Below, in pieces: positions 1-8,913 of a stretch of 64,000 nucleotides of DNA. Position 1 is the first letter of the stretch, and every line of letters starts with the position of its first letter. The stretch comes from an uncultured Desulfobacterales bacterium (GTDB lineage: Bacteria; Desulfobacterota; Desulfobacteria; Desulfobacterales; SpSt-501). The stretch covers positions 41,815 to 105,814 of the forward strand of contig CALIUY010000022.1 in assembly GCA_938048455.1 (NCBI GenBank), given 5' to 3'. Under the pieces are notes generated by a model. That model ran no database searches. It was not told where the DNA came from and saw nothing but the letters and a program-made list of their open reading frames with translations. Made by a program: the position numbers and the translations under genes.

Positions 1-134
1 ATCGGGTCCTTTATAAGACAACCGGTCCGGAAATGCCAGGGCTCTTGAAAAAAAAGGTGGACAGCGCCCCGCCCGTTGCGGTAGAAGATCAGCCCATCGT
101 TTTCTTTTCCCGGCGCAAGAGGGGGGGTGAGGAG

Positions 135-230
135 TTGGGCAGCGTCATCAAGAAACGGCGCAAAAAAATGCGCAAGCACAAGCACAAAAAGCTTCTCGCC
201 CGGACCCGGCACCAACGGCGGAGCAAATAA
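135..230 (+). CDS. Small basic AURKAIP1/COX24-domain protein (ribosomal bS22/mS38-like), 31 aa
   Basis: TTG at 135 gives (M)GSVIKKRRKKMRKHKHKKLLARTRHQRRSK, the family signature. Purine-rich SD upstream. The 33..230 ORF is probably over-extended. Confidence 0.85.
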   Translation: MGSVIKKRRKKMRKHKHKKLLARTRHQRRSK

Positions 231-255
231 TTCTGTAACGAAGATCGCCCGAAAA

Positions 256-294
256 AAAAGGCGGCCGTTTTCCTGAAGGAAACGGCCGCCTTTT
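256..294. terminator. Bidirectional intrinsic terminator
   Basis: AAAAGGCGGCCGTTT...AAACGGCCGCCTTTT inverted repeat with A/T tails, between convergent genes. Confidence 0.8.
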
Positions 295-314
295 GCGTTT
301 GCTCGAACGGCGGC

Positions 315-1262
315 TCACCGCGCGGGACGGCCGGTCTTGAATAACCGCAGCAGCTCCGACTGGGTCGAAAGGATCGCCGAGCTCTGCTTGTCCAGAGCTT
401 CTTCGTAGAGTTCCAGAGTCTGAAGAAAGCTGTAGAATTCGGGATCCTGGCCGTAGGCGGCGGCGTAAATCCGCGTTGCCTCGCTGTCGGCCTTGCCCTT
501 GATTTCCTCGGCGATGCGGTAGGCTTCCGAAGAGATGCGTTGCAGGTCGCGGTCTTTTTGTCCCAGAATCTTTTGCGCCTCCCCGCGGCCTTCGGAGCGG
601 AATTTTTCGGCGATCTGCCGCCGCTCGGCGATCATGCGGTCATAGACCGATTTACGCACCTCCTCGACGTAGTTGATGCTTTTGATCTTGACGTCCACCA
701 GTTCGATGCCGAACTGGTTCAGCTTGGGCTGCGCCTCCTCGAGAATCCCCCGCGTGATCGCTTCGCGGCCGATGGTGATCTGAAACATGGACTGCGGCTT
801 TTTTTCCTGGTCCTCGAGACCTTCCTCGGAGACGTCAAGCTCACGGTTGGAGCGGCGCACGGCCTCGATCAGGCGGTGGGAAGTGATGAAGTTGCGCACC
901 GCGGGGTCGATGATGTCGTTCAGTCGGCTGACGGCGTTGAAGCGGTTGTTGACCGTCTGGAAAAACTTGACCGGATCGACGATCCGCCACCGCGCGAAGG
1001 CGTCGACCCAGATGAACGTCTTGTCCAGCGTGGGGATCTGGCCCGGGTCCCCGTCCCAGTCCAGGATGTTCTTGTTGAAGACGTGGACCTTCTGGATGAA
1101 AGGCAGCTTCACCTTGAGCCCCGGCTCGGTGATGGCCTCGCCCGTGATCCGTCCGAACTGGGTGATGACCACCTGCTCGGTTTCGGAAACCACGAAAAAG
1201 GCATCGTAGGCGACGACACCGATCAGAAGCACGATCACAATCAAAGAGGATTTCAGTTTCAT
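315..1262 (-). CDS. hflC: FtsH protease modulator HflC (SPFH domain)
   Basis: N-terminal TM, EQVVITQFG, RMIAERRQIAEKFRSEG, DPEFYSFLQTL. Confidence 0.95.
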   Translation of the reverse strand: MKLKSSLIVIVLLIGVVAYDAFFVVSETEQVVITQFGRITGEAITEPGLKVKLPFIQKVHVFNKNILDWDGDPGQIPTLDKTFIWVDAFARWRIVDPVKFFQTVNNRFNAVSRLNDIIDPAVRNFITSHRLIEAVRRSNRELDVSEEGLEDQEKKPQSMFQITIGREAITRGILEEAQPKLNQFGIELVDVKIKSINYVEEVRKSVYDRMIAERRQIAEKFRSEGRGEAQKILGQKDRDLQRISSEAYRIAEEIKGKADSEATRIYAAAYGQDPEFYSFLQTLELYEEALDKQSSAILSTQSELLRLFKTGRPAR

Positions 1263-2296
1263 TTTTCCTTCCCCGGCAGGGTGGACGGCATCAGGTTGAG
1301 CAGCGGAAGCGCGCTTTTCTGGTCGGGATCGACGATGTAGATCGGCCCCATCTTCTGCAGGACGCTGCTCATCTTCTCAAGGTAAAGGCGGCGCTCGGTC
1401 ACCTCCTTCGCCTTGCGGTACTCCTCGTAGACCTGGCGGAAACGGGCGACGTCGCCCTGGGCCCGGTTCACGCGGTTCAGGGCGTATCCTTCGGCCTCCC
1501 GGATCGTGCGCTCGGCGGCGCCGCGCGCCGCCGGGATCGCCTTGTTGTATTCCTCGTTCGCCTGGTAGATCATTTGCTCCTTTTCTTGGGTCGCCTGGTT
1601 CACCTCGTTGAAGGAGGGTTGCACCGGAAGGGGCACGTTGGTCCGCTTGAGCTCAACGGTGACGATGTGGATGCCGGTTTCGGCCTGGTCGAGTTCGCGT
1701 TGGAGCAGATCCCGGGCCTCGTTGGCGATTTCGGCGCGCTTGCTGATCACCTCGTTGATGCTGCGGTCGCCGACGACGAGGCGCATGACCGCCTCGGACA
1801 TGTCGGTCAGCAGCCGCCGGACGTTGGCGACCTTGAAGAGGTAGTTGTAAGGATCCTTCACGCGGAACTGGACGATCCAGGGGACGAGGGCGACGTTCAG
1901 ATCCCCCGTCAGCATGAGGCTCACGTTCGCCGGCTCCACCCCCGGCCGCGTGCGCGTCCGGAACGTCTCTTCCCCGGTGCCGCCGCCGAACTCCTCGGTC
2001 TGCACCCGTTTGACATTGACCTTGGTGACCGTGTCGATTCCGAAGGGGAGTTTGAAGTTCAGGCCCGGCTGGGTCGTTTCGATGTAGCGGCCGAAGCGTT
2101 GCACGATCCCCACCTCGTCCTGGTTGATCGTGTAGAACGAGGAAAACACGATCCAGGCGAGAACAAGCAGACCGATCGCCATCGGCCCGCCGGGGAGGCG
2201 GAACTTCTTCAACTGGCTGAGCGCCTGGCTCATCTGCGGCGGAACGCCGCGCGGGCCCTGCTGCTGCTGCTTGAGTTTCTCCCAGTCCCAACTCAT
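1259..2296 (-). CDS. hflK: FtsH protease modulator HflK
   Basis: MSWDW N-terminus, TM, MLTGDLN, IPAARGAA. 4-nt overlap with hflC. Confidence 0.95.
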   Translation of the reverse strand: MSWDWEKLKQQQQGPRGVPPQMSQALSQLKKFRLPGGPMAIGLLVLAWIVFSSFYTINQDEVGIVQRFGRYIETTQPGLNFKLPFGIDTVTKVNVKRVQTEEFGGGTGEETFRTRTRPGVEPANVSLMLTGDLNVALVPWIVQFRVKDPYNYLFKVANVRRLLTDMSEAVMRLVVGDRSINEVISKRAEIANEARDLLQRELDQAETGIHIVTVELKRTNVPLPVQPSFNEVNQATQEKEQMIYQANEEYNKAIPAARGAAERTIREAEGYALNRVNRAQGDVARFRQVYEEYRKAKEVTERRLYLEKMSSVLQKMGPIYIVDPDQKSALPLLNLMPSTLPGKEK

Positions 2297-2443
2297 GTGC
2301 TGTGTCCTTTATCTGAGGGAAAGCCGAAACAACGGCGGGCGATGCGCAGGGGACGATCGTGACAGCGATGATCGATTTCCTTCTCTGATAGAGGAGCAGG
2401 CGTGCCAAGTCAAGAGAAATCGGCCGGGGCCGGGGACGGAGGA

Positions 2444-2472
2444 TTGACGGATCGTGAGCCTCCCGCCATAAT
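2444..2472 (+). promoter_or_regulatory. Putative sigma70 promoter for dciA-trmN6
   Basis: TTGACG-N17-CATAAT just upstream of the ATG at 2481. Confidence 0.55.
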
Positions 2473-2480
2473 CGGCGCCG

Positions 2481-2804
2481 ATGAACCGAGGCGAACGCCC
2501 TCCGCGCCGGGCGCAGGCGCTGGGAGAAATCCTTCCCGGCCTGATGCGCACGCTCCGGCCCTCCGGGGAAGAGGAGACCGTGCGCCTTTTCCGGGTGTGG
2601 GAGGATCTGGTCGGGACGGAAACCGCACGCCATGCCCGTCCGGCGGCCTTTCGCGGGGCCAGCCTGGTCGTGCACGTCGAGAGTTCCCCTTGGCTTCATC
2701 ACCTGCACTTGCAGCGCGCCGAGCTCATCGGGGCGATCAACCGCCGGCTCGGGAAAACGGTCATCCGCGAAATCATCCTGAGGATCGGGCCGCTGGGAGC
2801 ATGA
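2481..2804 (+). CDS. DUF721/DciA family protein (replicative helicase operator)
   Basis: WEDLVG...HARP...LVVHVESSPWLHHL...AIN pattern, 107 aa. Confidence 0.8.
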   Translation: MNRGERPPRRAQALGEILPGLMRTLRPSGEEETVRLFRVWEDLVGTETARHARPAAFRGASLVVHVESSPWLHHLHLQRAELIGAINRRLGKTVIREIILRIGPLGA

Positions 2805-3574
2805 CCGAGGCGGAGGGCGAGCTTTTCTGCGGAGGCAGGCTGAGGATCCGTCAGCCCCGCTGCGGCTACCGCTTCTCCATCGACGCCGTGCTTTTGGCCG
2901 GCTTCCTGCGGCCGAGACCGGGTCGGCGCATCGCCGATCTGGGGACCGGCTGCGGCATCATCGCCCTGTTGCTCGCCGCCCGCTGCCCGAAAACCCGCAT
3001 CGTCGCCGTCGAACTCCAGGAGGAGCTCGCGGAGCTGGCGCGCGAGAATGTAAGAAGAAACGGCCTTTCCACGGTCATCGAGGTGGTCGGCGGCGATCTG
3101 CGCCGCCTGAGCCGTCGGGACCTGGGGGGCCGCTTCGACGCGGTCGTCAGCAACCCGCCGTTCCGCGCTGCGGGCAGGGGCCGGGTCTGCCGGAACGACG
3201 GCCGGGCCGTCGCCCGGCACGAGATCACCCTCGCCCTCGACGATCTTCTGCAGGCGGCGCGCCGGTTGCTCGATCCCGGAGGAAGGCTTGCGCTCATCTA
3301 CGACGCCGGACGCGCCGCGGATCTGCTCTGCGGAATGCGCGCTCACGGTCTCGAGCCGAAGCGGCTTCGTTTCGTTCACGGCACCGCGCGCCATCCGGCG
3401 CGTATGCTGCTGGTCGAGGCCCGGCGGGGCGGGCGCCCGGGAGTGCTCGTGGAACCGCCCCTTCTTCTCTTCGACGCCCAAGGCGGATGTACCGCCGAGG
3501 CGCAAGCCTGCTTCGAGCTCGACCCGGAACCCCGCTCGGATCCGGCCGTTGACTTTGAAGCCGGAAATCGATAA
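2801..3574 (+). CDS. tRNA1(Val) A37 N6-methyltransferase (TrmN6/YfiC family)
   Basis: GYRFSIDAVLLA, DLGTGCG, VVSNPPF, ARHE. ATGA overlap with upstream gene sets the start at 2801. Confidence 0.9.
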   Translation: MTEAEGELFCGGRLRIRQPRCGYRFSIDAVLLAGFLRPRPGRRIADLGTGCGIIALLLAARCPKTRIVAVELQEELAELARENVRRNGLSTVIEVVGGDLRRLSRRDLGGRFDAVVSNPPFRAAGRGRVCRNDGRAVARHEITLALDDLLQAARRLLDPGGRLALIYDAGRAADLLCGMRAHGLEPKRLRFVHGTARHPARMLLVEARRGGRPGVLVEPPLLLFDAQGGCTAEAQACFELDPEPRSDPAVDFEAGNR

Positions 3575-3577
3575 CTT
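3549..3577 (+). promoter_or_regulatory. Putative sigma70 promoter for the tRNA-Ser pair and dnaX operon
   Basis: TTGACT-N17-TAACTT about 30 nt before the first tRNA. Confidence 0.55.
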
Positions 3578-3609
3578 CACGAAATTATCGTAATCTGCGC
3601 CGGCAGCGG

Positions 3610-3703
<94 letters not shown>

Positions 3704-3770
3704 CATCGGCCGGCGGCCTGCCCCGGCGAGCGGCGGCGGGGCAGGGGATTTTCAAGGACGATCCGTTTGC

Positions 3771-3864
3771 GGAGAGATGTCCGAGCTGGCCGAAGGAACA
3801 CGACTGGAAATCGTGTGTGCCGCTTAAAACGGCACCGTGGGTTCGAATCCCACTCTCTCCGCCA
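3771..3864 (+). tRNA. tRNA-Ser(GGA)
   Basis: GGAGAGA/TCTCTCC acceptor stem, CACGA-CTGGAAA-TCGTG anticodon arm, long variable arm, encoded CCA. Confidence 0.97.
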
Positions 3865-3907
3865 CTTCCCGCTTCGCCCTCCCGGAGCGAACCCGCTGTA
3901 GAGTTCG

Positions 3908-5536
3908 ATGTCGTACCTGGTTTTCGCACGCAAGTACCGGCCCCGGAGCTTTGCGGACGTGACGGCTCAGGGCCATGTGACGCAAACGCTGCGCAACGCC
4001 CTTTCTTCGGGACGCCTGGCGCACGCCATTCTCTTCGCCGGCCCCCGCGGCACCGGCAAGACCACCATCGCCCGCATCCTCGCCCGCGCCGTGAATTGCG
4101 AACGCGGCCCGGCGCCCGATCCCTGTAACCGCTGTCGATCCTGTCTGGATTTGCTCGCCGGCCGGGGCACCGACGTCTACGAAATCGACGGCGCCTCGAA
4201 CAACAACGTCGAGCAGATCCGCGAGCTGCGCGAAAACCTTAAGTATCTTCCGGTGCACAGCCGCTACAAGATCTACATCATCGACGAGGTGCACATGTTG
4301 AGCGCCTCGGCCTTCAACGCCCTGTTGAAGACGCTCGAGGAGCCGCCCGCCCATGTCCTGTTCTTCTTTGCCACGACCGAAGCCCACAAAATCCCGGCGA
4401 CGATTCTCTCCCGCTGCCAGCGGTTCGACCTGCGGCGGATTCCGATCGCCTTGCTGGTCGAGCGCCTCGACGCGGTGTGCCGTGCCGAAGGGGTGGAGAT
4501 CGATCCTCAGGGACTGGAGGCGATCGCCCGTGAGGCCGACGGCAGCCTGCGCGACGCCCTGAGCCTGCTCGACCAGGTCCTCGCCGGCGGGGAATCGGCA
4601 CTTCCAGCCGAGCAGGTGCTCGAAACCCTGGGTCTCGTCGACCGCCGGCGGATCCACGAGTTGCTCTCCGCCTGCCTCGAGGGCGATGCCCCCCGCTTTC
4701 TCTCCGTCCTCGAGGACCTGCACGAGCGGGGGCACGACCTGAAAAAGCTTTACGCCGAGATGCTCGGGACTCTGCGGGATCTCTGGGTGCTGCGCAGCAG
4801 CCGGCAGGGAGCCCGCCTCGTCGATTGCCCCGACTCGGAGGTCAAGGCGCTCGAGGCGCTCGCGGCCCGATTTCCGGAACCTACGGTGGAAAACGCGCTC
4901 GAGACCTTCTTTCGCGAGGAGCCCTCGGTGCGTCTTTCCTCCCAGCCGCGACTCGCCGTGGAAATGGTCTTTTTCCGCTGGCTGCGCAGCCGCGACTGGC
5001 TTTCGATCGACGGATTGATCCACCAGCTTGAGCGGCTGCGGGCTTCCCTGGAGGGGCAGGGGGGGGCGCCGGCGGATCCTTCCGCCGGCGATCCGCCGGC
5101 CGCGGCGATCGGCTGCCGGCAGGCGGAGCCTGCCGCCGCCCAAACGGCAGCGGGGTTGGAGGCTTGGCCGGAGGTGGTCCGCCGGGTGGCCGGGGAACTT
5201 CCCAGTCTTGGCGCCGCGCTGAAACGCGCACGGCTGGTTTCCGCCACCGCCGAGCGGATCGACATCGACCCGGGCGGGAACGATTTTCTGCGGCAGAGCC
5301 TGTCGCGCGACAAGCCGCTCGCCGTGCTGCGACGCATCTGTGCCGAGGTTTTCGGCGGGGTTCCCGAAATCCGGCTTGTCGGGAAATCGCCGGCGCCGGA
5401 GGATCCGGCCCGCCCCCGAGCCGATCGACGCGCCAGGGTCCAGGAAACCATGAACCATCCGCTGATCGCCGAGGCGATGGAGCTCTTCAACGGTCGGCTG
5501 ATCGATGTGGCCGTGAAACCCGAGGAGGATGCATGA
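3908..5536 (+). CDS. dnaX: DNA polymerase III subunit gamma/tau
   Basis: MSYLVFARKYRP, GPRGTGKTT, Zn-binding Cys, IIDEVHML, SRC motif. Confidence 0.97.
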   Translation: MSYLVFARKYRPRSFADVTAQGHVTQTLRNALSSGRLAHAILFAGPRGTGKTTIARILARAVNCERGPAPDPCNRCRSCLDLLAGRGTDVYEIDGASNNNVEQIRELRENLKYLPVHSRYKIYIIDEVHMLSASAFNALLKTLEEPPAHVLFFFATTEAHKIPATILSRCQRFDLRRIPIALLVERLDAVCRAEGVEIDPQGLEAIAREADGSLRDALSLLDQVLAGGESALPAEQVLETLGLVDRRRIHELLSACLEGDAPRFLSVLEDLHERGHDLKKLYAEMLGTLRDLWVLRSSRQGARLVDCPDSEVKALEALAARFPEPTVENALETFFREEPSVRLSSQPRLAVEMVFFRWLRSRDWLSIDGLIHQLERLRASLEGQGGAPADPSAGDPPAAAIGCRQAEPAAAQTAAGLEAWPEVVRRVAGELPSLGAALKRARLVSATAERIDIDPGGNDFLRQSLSRDKPLAVLRRICAEVFGGVPEIRLVGKSPAPEDPARPRADRRARVQETMNHPLIAEAMELFNGRLIDVAVKPEEDA

Positions 5537-5844
5537 AATCGATGGGCAACATGCTCCGTGAAGCACAGAAACTGCAGGCCCGCATGATGAAACTGCAGGA
5601 AGAACTGGCCTCCCGAACCGTCGAGGCCTCCTCCGGGGGCGGCATGGTCCGGGTCGTCGCCAACGGCCGGCAGGAGATCATCTCGCTTGCCATCGAACCC
5701 GAGGTCGTCGATCCGAAGGATGTGGAGCTGCTGCAGGACCTCGTGCTGGCCGCCGTGAACGACGCTCTCGGCCGTTCGCGGGAGATGGTGGCGGCGGAAA
5801 TGGGCAAGCTGACCGGCGGTCTGACCCTGCCGGCGGGGATGTGA
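5533..5844 (+). CDS. ybaB: YbaB/EbfC nucleoid-associated protein
   Basis: SGGGMVRVVANG, LQDLVLAAVNDA. Sits between dnaX and recR. Confidence 0.95.
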   Translation: MKSMGNMLREAQKLQARMMKLQEELASRTVEASSGGGMVRVVANGRQEIISLAIEPEVVDPKDVELLQDLVLAAVNDALGRSREMVAAEMGKLTGGLTLPAGM

Positions 5845-6449
5845 CCATGGATCCGCACCCGGCGCCGCTTCGGCGGCTGATCTCGCTGCTCACGCGCCTT
5901 CCCGGGGTGGGGGAAAAGACGGCCGAGCGGCTGGCGCAATATGTGCTCACCGCCCCGGAAGGCTGGGTCGAGGAACTCGCGCACGGCCTGCTCGAAGCCC
6001 GTCGCGGCGTTCGGCTCTGCAGCCGCTGCTTTGCGCTGAGCGCCGCCGAGCTCTGCACGATCTGCACCGACCCCGCACGCGACGCCTCGATCCTGTGCGT
6101 GGTCGAGCAGCCCGCGGACCTCGCCGTCCTGGAACGATCGGGGGCGTTTCGCGGGCTCTATCACGTGCTGCTCGGGGCGATCTCCCCTCTGAGCGGTGTG
6201 GGCCCGGAAAACCTGCGCATCGCCGAGCTGCTCGCCCGGGTCGCTGCGGGCGGGGTGCGGGAGGTGGTGATCGCCACATCGACCGGTGTCGAGGGAGAGG
6301 CCACGGCGGCCTACCTGGCCGCCCGGCTGGCCTCGTTTCCCGTCACCGTGACCCGCATCGCCTCCGGGGTGCCCGTGGGGGGAGACCTCAAGTACGTGGA
6401 CCCGGTGACGCTCAAGAAGGCCCTGGAGGCGCGCCATGCTCTGGGATGA
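5841..6449 (+). CDS. recR: Recombination mediator RecR
   Basis: LPGVGEKTAERLA HhH, C4 zinc finger, Toprim (EGEATA), GVPVGGDLKYVD. Confidence 0.97.
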   Translation: MTMDPHPAPLRRLISLLTRLPGVGEKTAERLAQYVLTAPEGWVEELAHGLLEARRGVRLCSRCFALSAAELCTICTDPARDASILCVVEQPADLAVLERSGAFRGLYHVLLGAISPLSGVGPENLRIAELLARVAAGGVREVVIATSTGVEGEATAAYLAARLASFPVTVTRIASGVPVGGDLKYVDPVTLKKALEARHALG

Positions 6450-6873
6450 GGAAGCCCCGGATCTGTTCGTCTGTCGGCGCTGCGGCGACTGCTGCAGGGG
6501 GTACGGCGGCACCGTCGTGGACGAACGGGACATCGCCGCCATCGCCCGCTTTCTGAAACAGGACCCCGAGGAGGTGAGGGCGGCCTACTGCCTGTCGGCG
6601 GGAAAGCGCTTCCTGCTCGGCCAGCGCGAGGACGGCTATTGCGTCTTTTGGGACGGGCTCTGCCGCATCCACCCCGTCAAGCCGCGCATGTGCCGCCGCT
6701 GGCCGTTCCTGGAAAGCCTGCTGCGGGATCCGGATAACTGGCGGGTCATGGCTTCGGTCTGCCCGGGGATTCGGGCCGAGGCCCCCCCGGCGCGCGTCCT
6801 GGGATTCACCGCGGAACGCCTTCGGGCCGAAAACGAGCGCGCCGCCGACGGAAATCCCCGCCTCGATCCATGA
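6436..6873 (+). CDS. YkgJ family cysteine-cluster protein
   Basis: CRRCGDCC...CVF...CRIHPVKPRMCRRWPF...CPG. Confidence 0.85.
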   Translation: MLWDEEAPDLFVCRRCGDCCRGYGGTVVDERDIAAIARFLKQDPEEVRAAYCLSAGKRFLLGQREDGYCVFWDGLCRIHPVKPRMCRRWPFLESLLRDPDNWRVMASVCPGIRAEAPPARVLGFTAERLRAENERAADGNPRLDP

Positions 6874-8138
6874 ACGATGCCTCCTTCCGCCGCGACGACC
6901 TCCCCGAGCCGTCCCCGGAGGAGGTGCGTGCCGAGTGCCGGCGGCTGGAAGGGCTGCTGCGGCTGCGCGAGCAGCAAATCGCGGACCTGGAACGTCAGCT
7001 CGAGCAGGCCCAGAAGATGGAAACCCTGGGGACGTTGGTCGCCGGGGTCGCCCACGAGATCAACAACCCGATCGGCCTGATCCTCTACAACCTCCCGCTG
7101 TTGCGCAAGACCTGGAGCGATCTGCTGCCGCTTCTGCGCGAGGAAAGCCGCCGCGACGCCGAGCGCCGCTTCGGGGGCCTGACGGCTTCCTTCCTGAAGC
7201 AGCGAATGCCGCAGCTGATCGCCGACATGGAGCTGGCGGCCCAGCGTGTGGTGCGCATCGTGGGCGAACTCAAAAGTTTTTCGCGCCGGAGTGATCCCGC
7301 CGAACGGGAGCCGCTCGACGTCAATGCGGCGGTGAACAACGCCCTCAGGCTGTGCCGCAGCACGTTCAGCCGCGCCGGGGTGCGCTTGCAGCTCGATCTG
7401 GCCTCCGATCTGCCCGAGATCGAAGCGAACCTGCAGAACCTCGAGCAGATCGTGGTCAACCTCCTCGTCAACGCCGTCCAGGCGATCGACCACGACCACG
7501 GCGAGATTGCGGTGCGGACGGAGTTTTCCGTGCGGGACGGAAGCGTCTGTGTGAGTGTCGCGGACAACGGCCGCGGAGTTCCCGCCGAGATCGCCGAGCG
7601 CATTTTTCTGCCCTTTGTGACCGACAAGCAGGCCCAGGGGGGCACGGGACTCGGCCTTTCGGTCAGCCAGCGTCTGGCGCGGGCCCACGGCGGGGCGATC
7701 GATTTCGAAAACCGCCCCGGCGGCGGGGCCGTCTTTCGCCTCAAGCTGCCGACCCCGATGCAGAAGAAAGCGCCGCGGATCCTCGTCGTGGACGATGACC
7801 CGTTGGTGCGGCACATTTTGCTGGAGGCGCTCGCGATGCCGCGCCGCTATCTGCTCGAGGAAGCCGTCAACGGCATCGAGGCCTTGATCCGGCTGGGGAC
7901 CTGGAGGCCGGCGCTGGTCCTGCTCGATGTGTTGATGCCGGAAATGGACGGCGTCGAGGTCTGCCGACACATCCGCGCCGAGCCGGCGCTGGCGGGCATG
8001 AAGGTGATCCTGACGACGGGTTTCCCCGGCCACCCCAAGCTTGTCGAGCTCGCCCGGCTCGGCTTCACCCACGTGCTTCCCAAGCCCTTCGACATCCCCG
8101 TCCTTCTCGGCAAGGTGCGCGAGCTGCTCGAGGTGTGA
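6870..8138 (+). CDS. Cytoplasmic hybrid histidine kinase/response regulator (coiled coil-HisKA-HATPase-REC)
   Basis: AHEINNP H-box, NLLVNA, DNGRG, GTGLGL, REC with VDDD / DVLMPEMDG / KP. Confidence 0.9.
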   Translation: MNDASFRRDDLPEPSPEEVRAECRRLEGLLRLREQQIADLERQLEQAQKMETLGTLVAGVAHEINNPIGLILYNLPLLRKTWSDLLPLLREESRRDAERRFGGLTASFLKQRMPQLIADMELAAQRVVRIVGELKSFSRRSDPAEREPLDVNAAVNNALRLCRSTFSRAGVRLQLDLASDLPEIEANLQNLEQIVVNLLVNAVQAIDHDHGEIAVRTEFSVRDGSVCVSVADNGRGVPAEIAERIFLPFVTDKQAQGGTGLGLSVSQRLARAHGGAIDFENRPGGGAVFRLKLPTPMQKKAPRILVVDDDPLVRHILLEALAMPRRYLLEEAVNGIEALIRLGTWRPALVLLDVLMPEMDGVEVCRHIRAEPALAGMKVILTTGFPGHPKLVELARLGFTHVLPKPFDIPVLLGKVRELLEV

Positions 8139-8148
8139 CCCGGGCGGG

Positions 8149-8913
8149 TCAGCGTTCCGGGGAAAGGAATCCCGCCTTGAGCGCTTCGCGGTTCAGGCGG
8201 GCGATGTGCACGATCGAGATTTCCTTGGGGCAGGTCATTTCGCACTCGCGGTGGTTGGAGCAGTTGCCGAACCCGCAGGCGTCCATGGCGCGCACCATCG
8301 AGAGCACGCGGCGGGCGGCCTCGGGGCGGCCCTGCGGGAGCAGGGCCAGATGGGAGACCTTGGCGCTCGTGAAGAGCATGGCCGAGGCGTTCGGGCAGGC
8401 GGCCACGCAGGCCCCGCAGCCGATGCAGGCCGCGGCGTCCATCGCCCGCTCCGCGCGGTCGGACGGCACAGGCAGCGTGTTCGCCTCCGGTGCGCTGCCG
8501 GTGTTCACCGACACGAACCCGCCCGCCTGCATGAGGCGATCGAGCGCGCTGCGATCCACCACGAGATCCTTGATCACCGGAAAGGCCCGGGCGCGGAAGG
8601 GTTCGATCACGATGGTGTCGCCGTCGCGGAAATGGCGCATGTGGAGCTGGCAGAGCGTCGTCCCGCGCAGATGGCCGTGCGGCCGGCCGTTCACCACCGC
8701 CCCGCAGGAACCGCAGATCCCTTCCCGGCAGTCGTGGTCGAAGGCGACGGGTTCCCGTCCTTCGAGGATCAGCTTCTCGTTCACCACGTCGAGCATTTCG
8801 AGAAAGGACATGTCGGTCGAGATGTCTTCCGCCGCAAAGGTCTCGAAGCGACCCGGATCCGCGGGCCCCTTCTGGCGCCAGATCTTCAGGGTCAGACGGA
8901 TGCTTTGACTCAC
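8149..8913 (-). CDS. sdhB: Succinate dehydrogenase/fumarate reductase Fe-S subunit
   Basis: [39 protein letters not shown] start at 8913 overlaps the sdhA stop. Confidence 0.93.
   Translation of the reverse strand: MSQSIRLTLKIWRQKGPADPGRFETFAAEDISTDMSFLEMLDVVNEKLILEGREPVAFDHDCREGICGSCGAVVNGRPHGHLRGTTLCQLHMRHFRDGDTIVIEPFRARAFPVIKDLVVDRSALDRLMQAGGFVSVNTGSAPEANTLPVPSDRAERAMDAAACIGCGACVAACPNASAMLFTSAKVSHLALLPQGRPEAARRVLSMVRAMDACGFGNCSNHRECEMTCPKEISIVHIARLNREALKAGFLSPER

Noticed and set aside
4741-5066. Programmed frameshift or slippage in dnaX (GAAAAAG at 4741, G8 at 5059-5066)
   Set aside because: Not the A-AAA-AAG heptamer. The first site lies inside domain III. G-runs are common at this GC content and I saw no clear stimulatory element.
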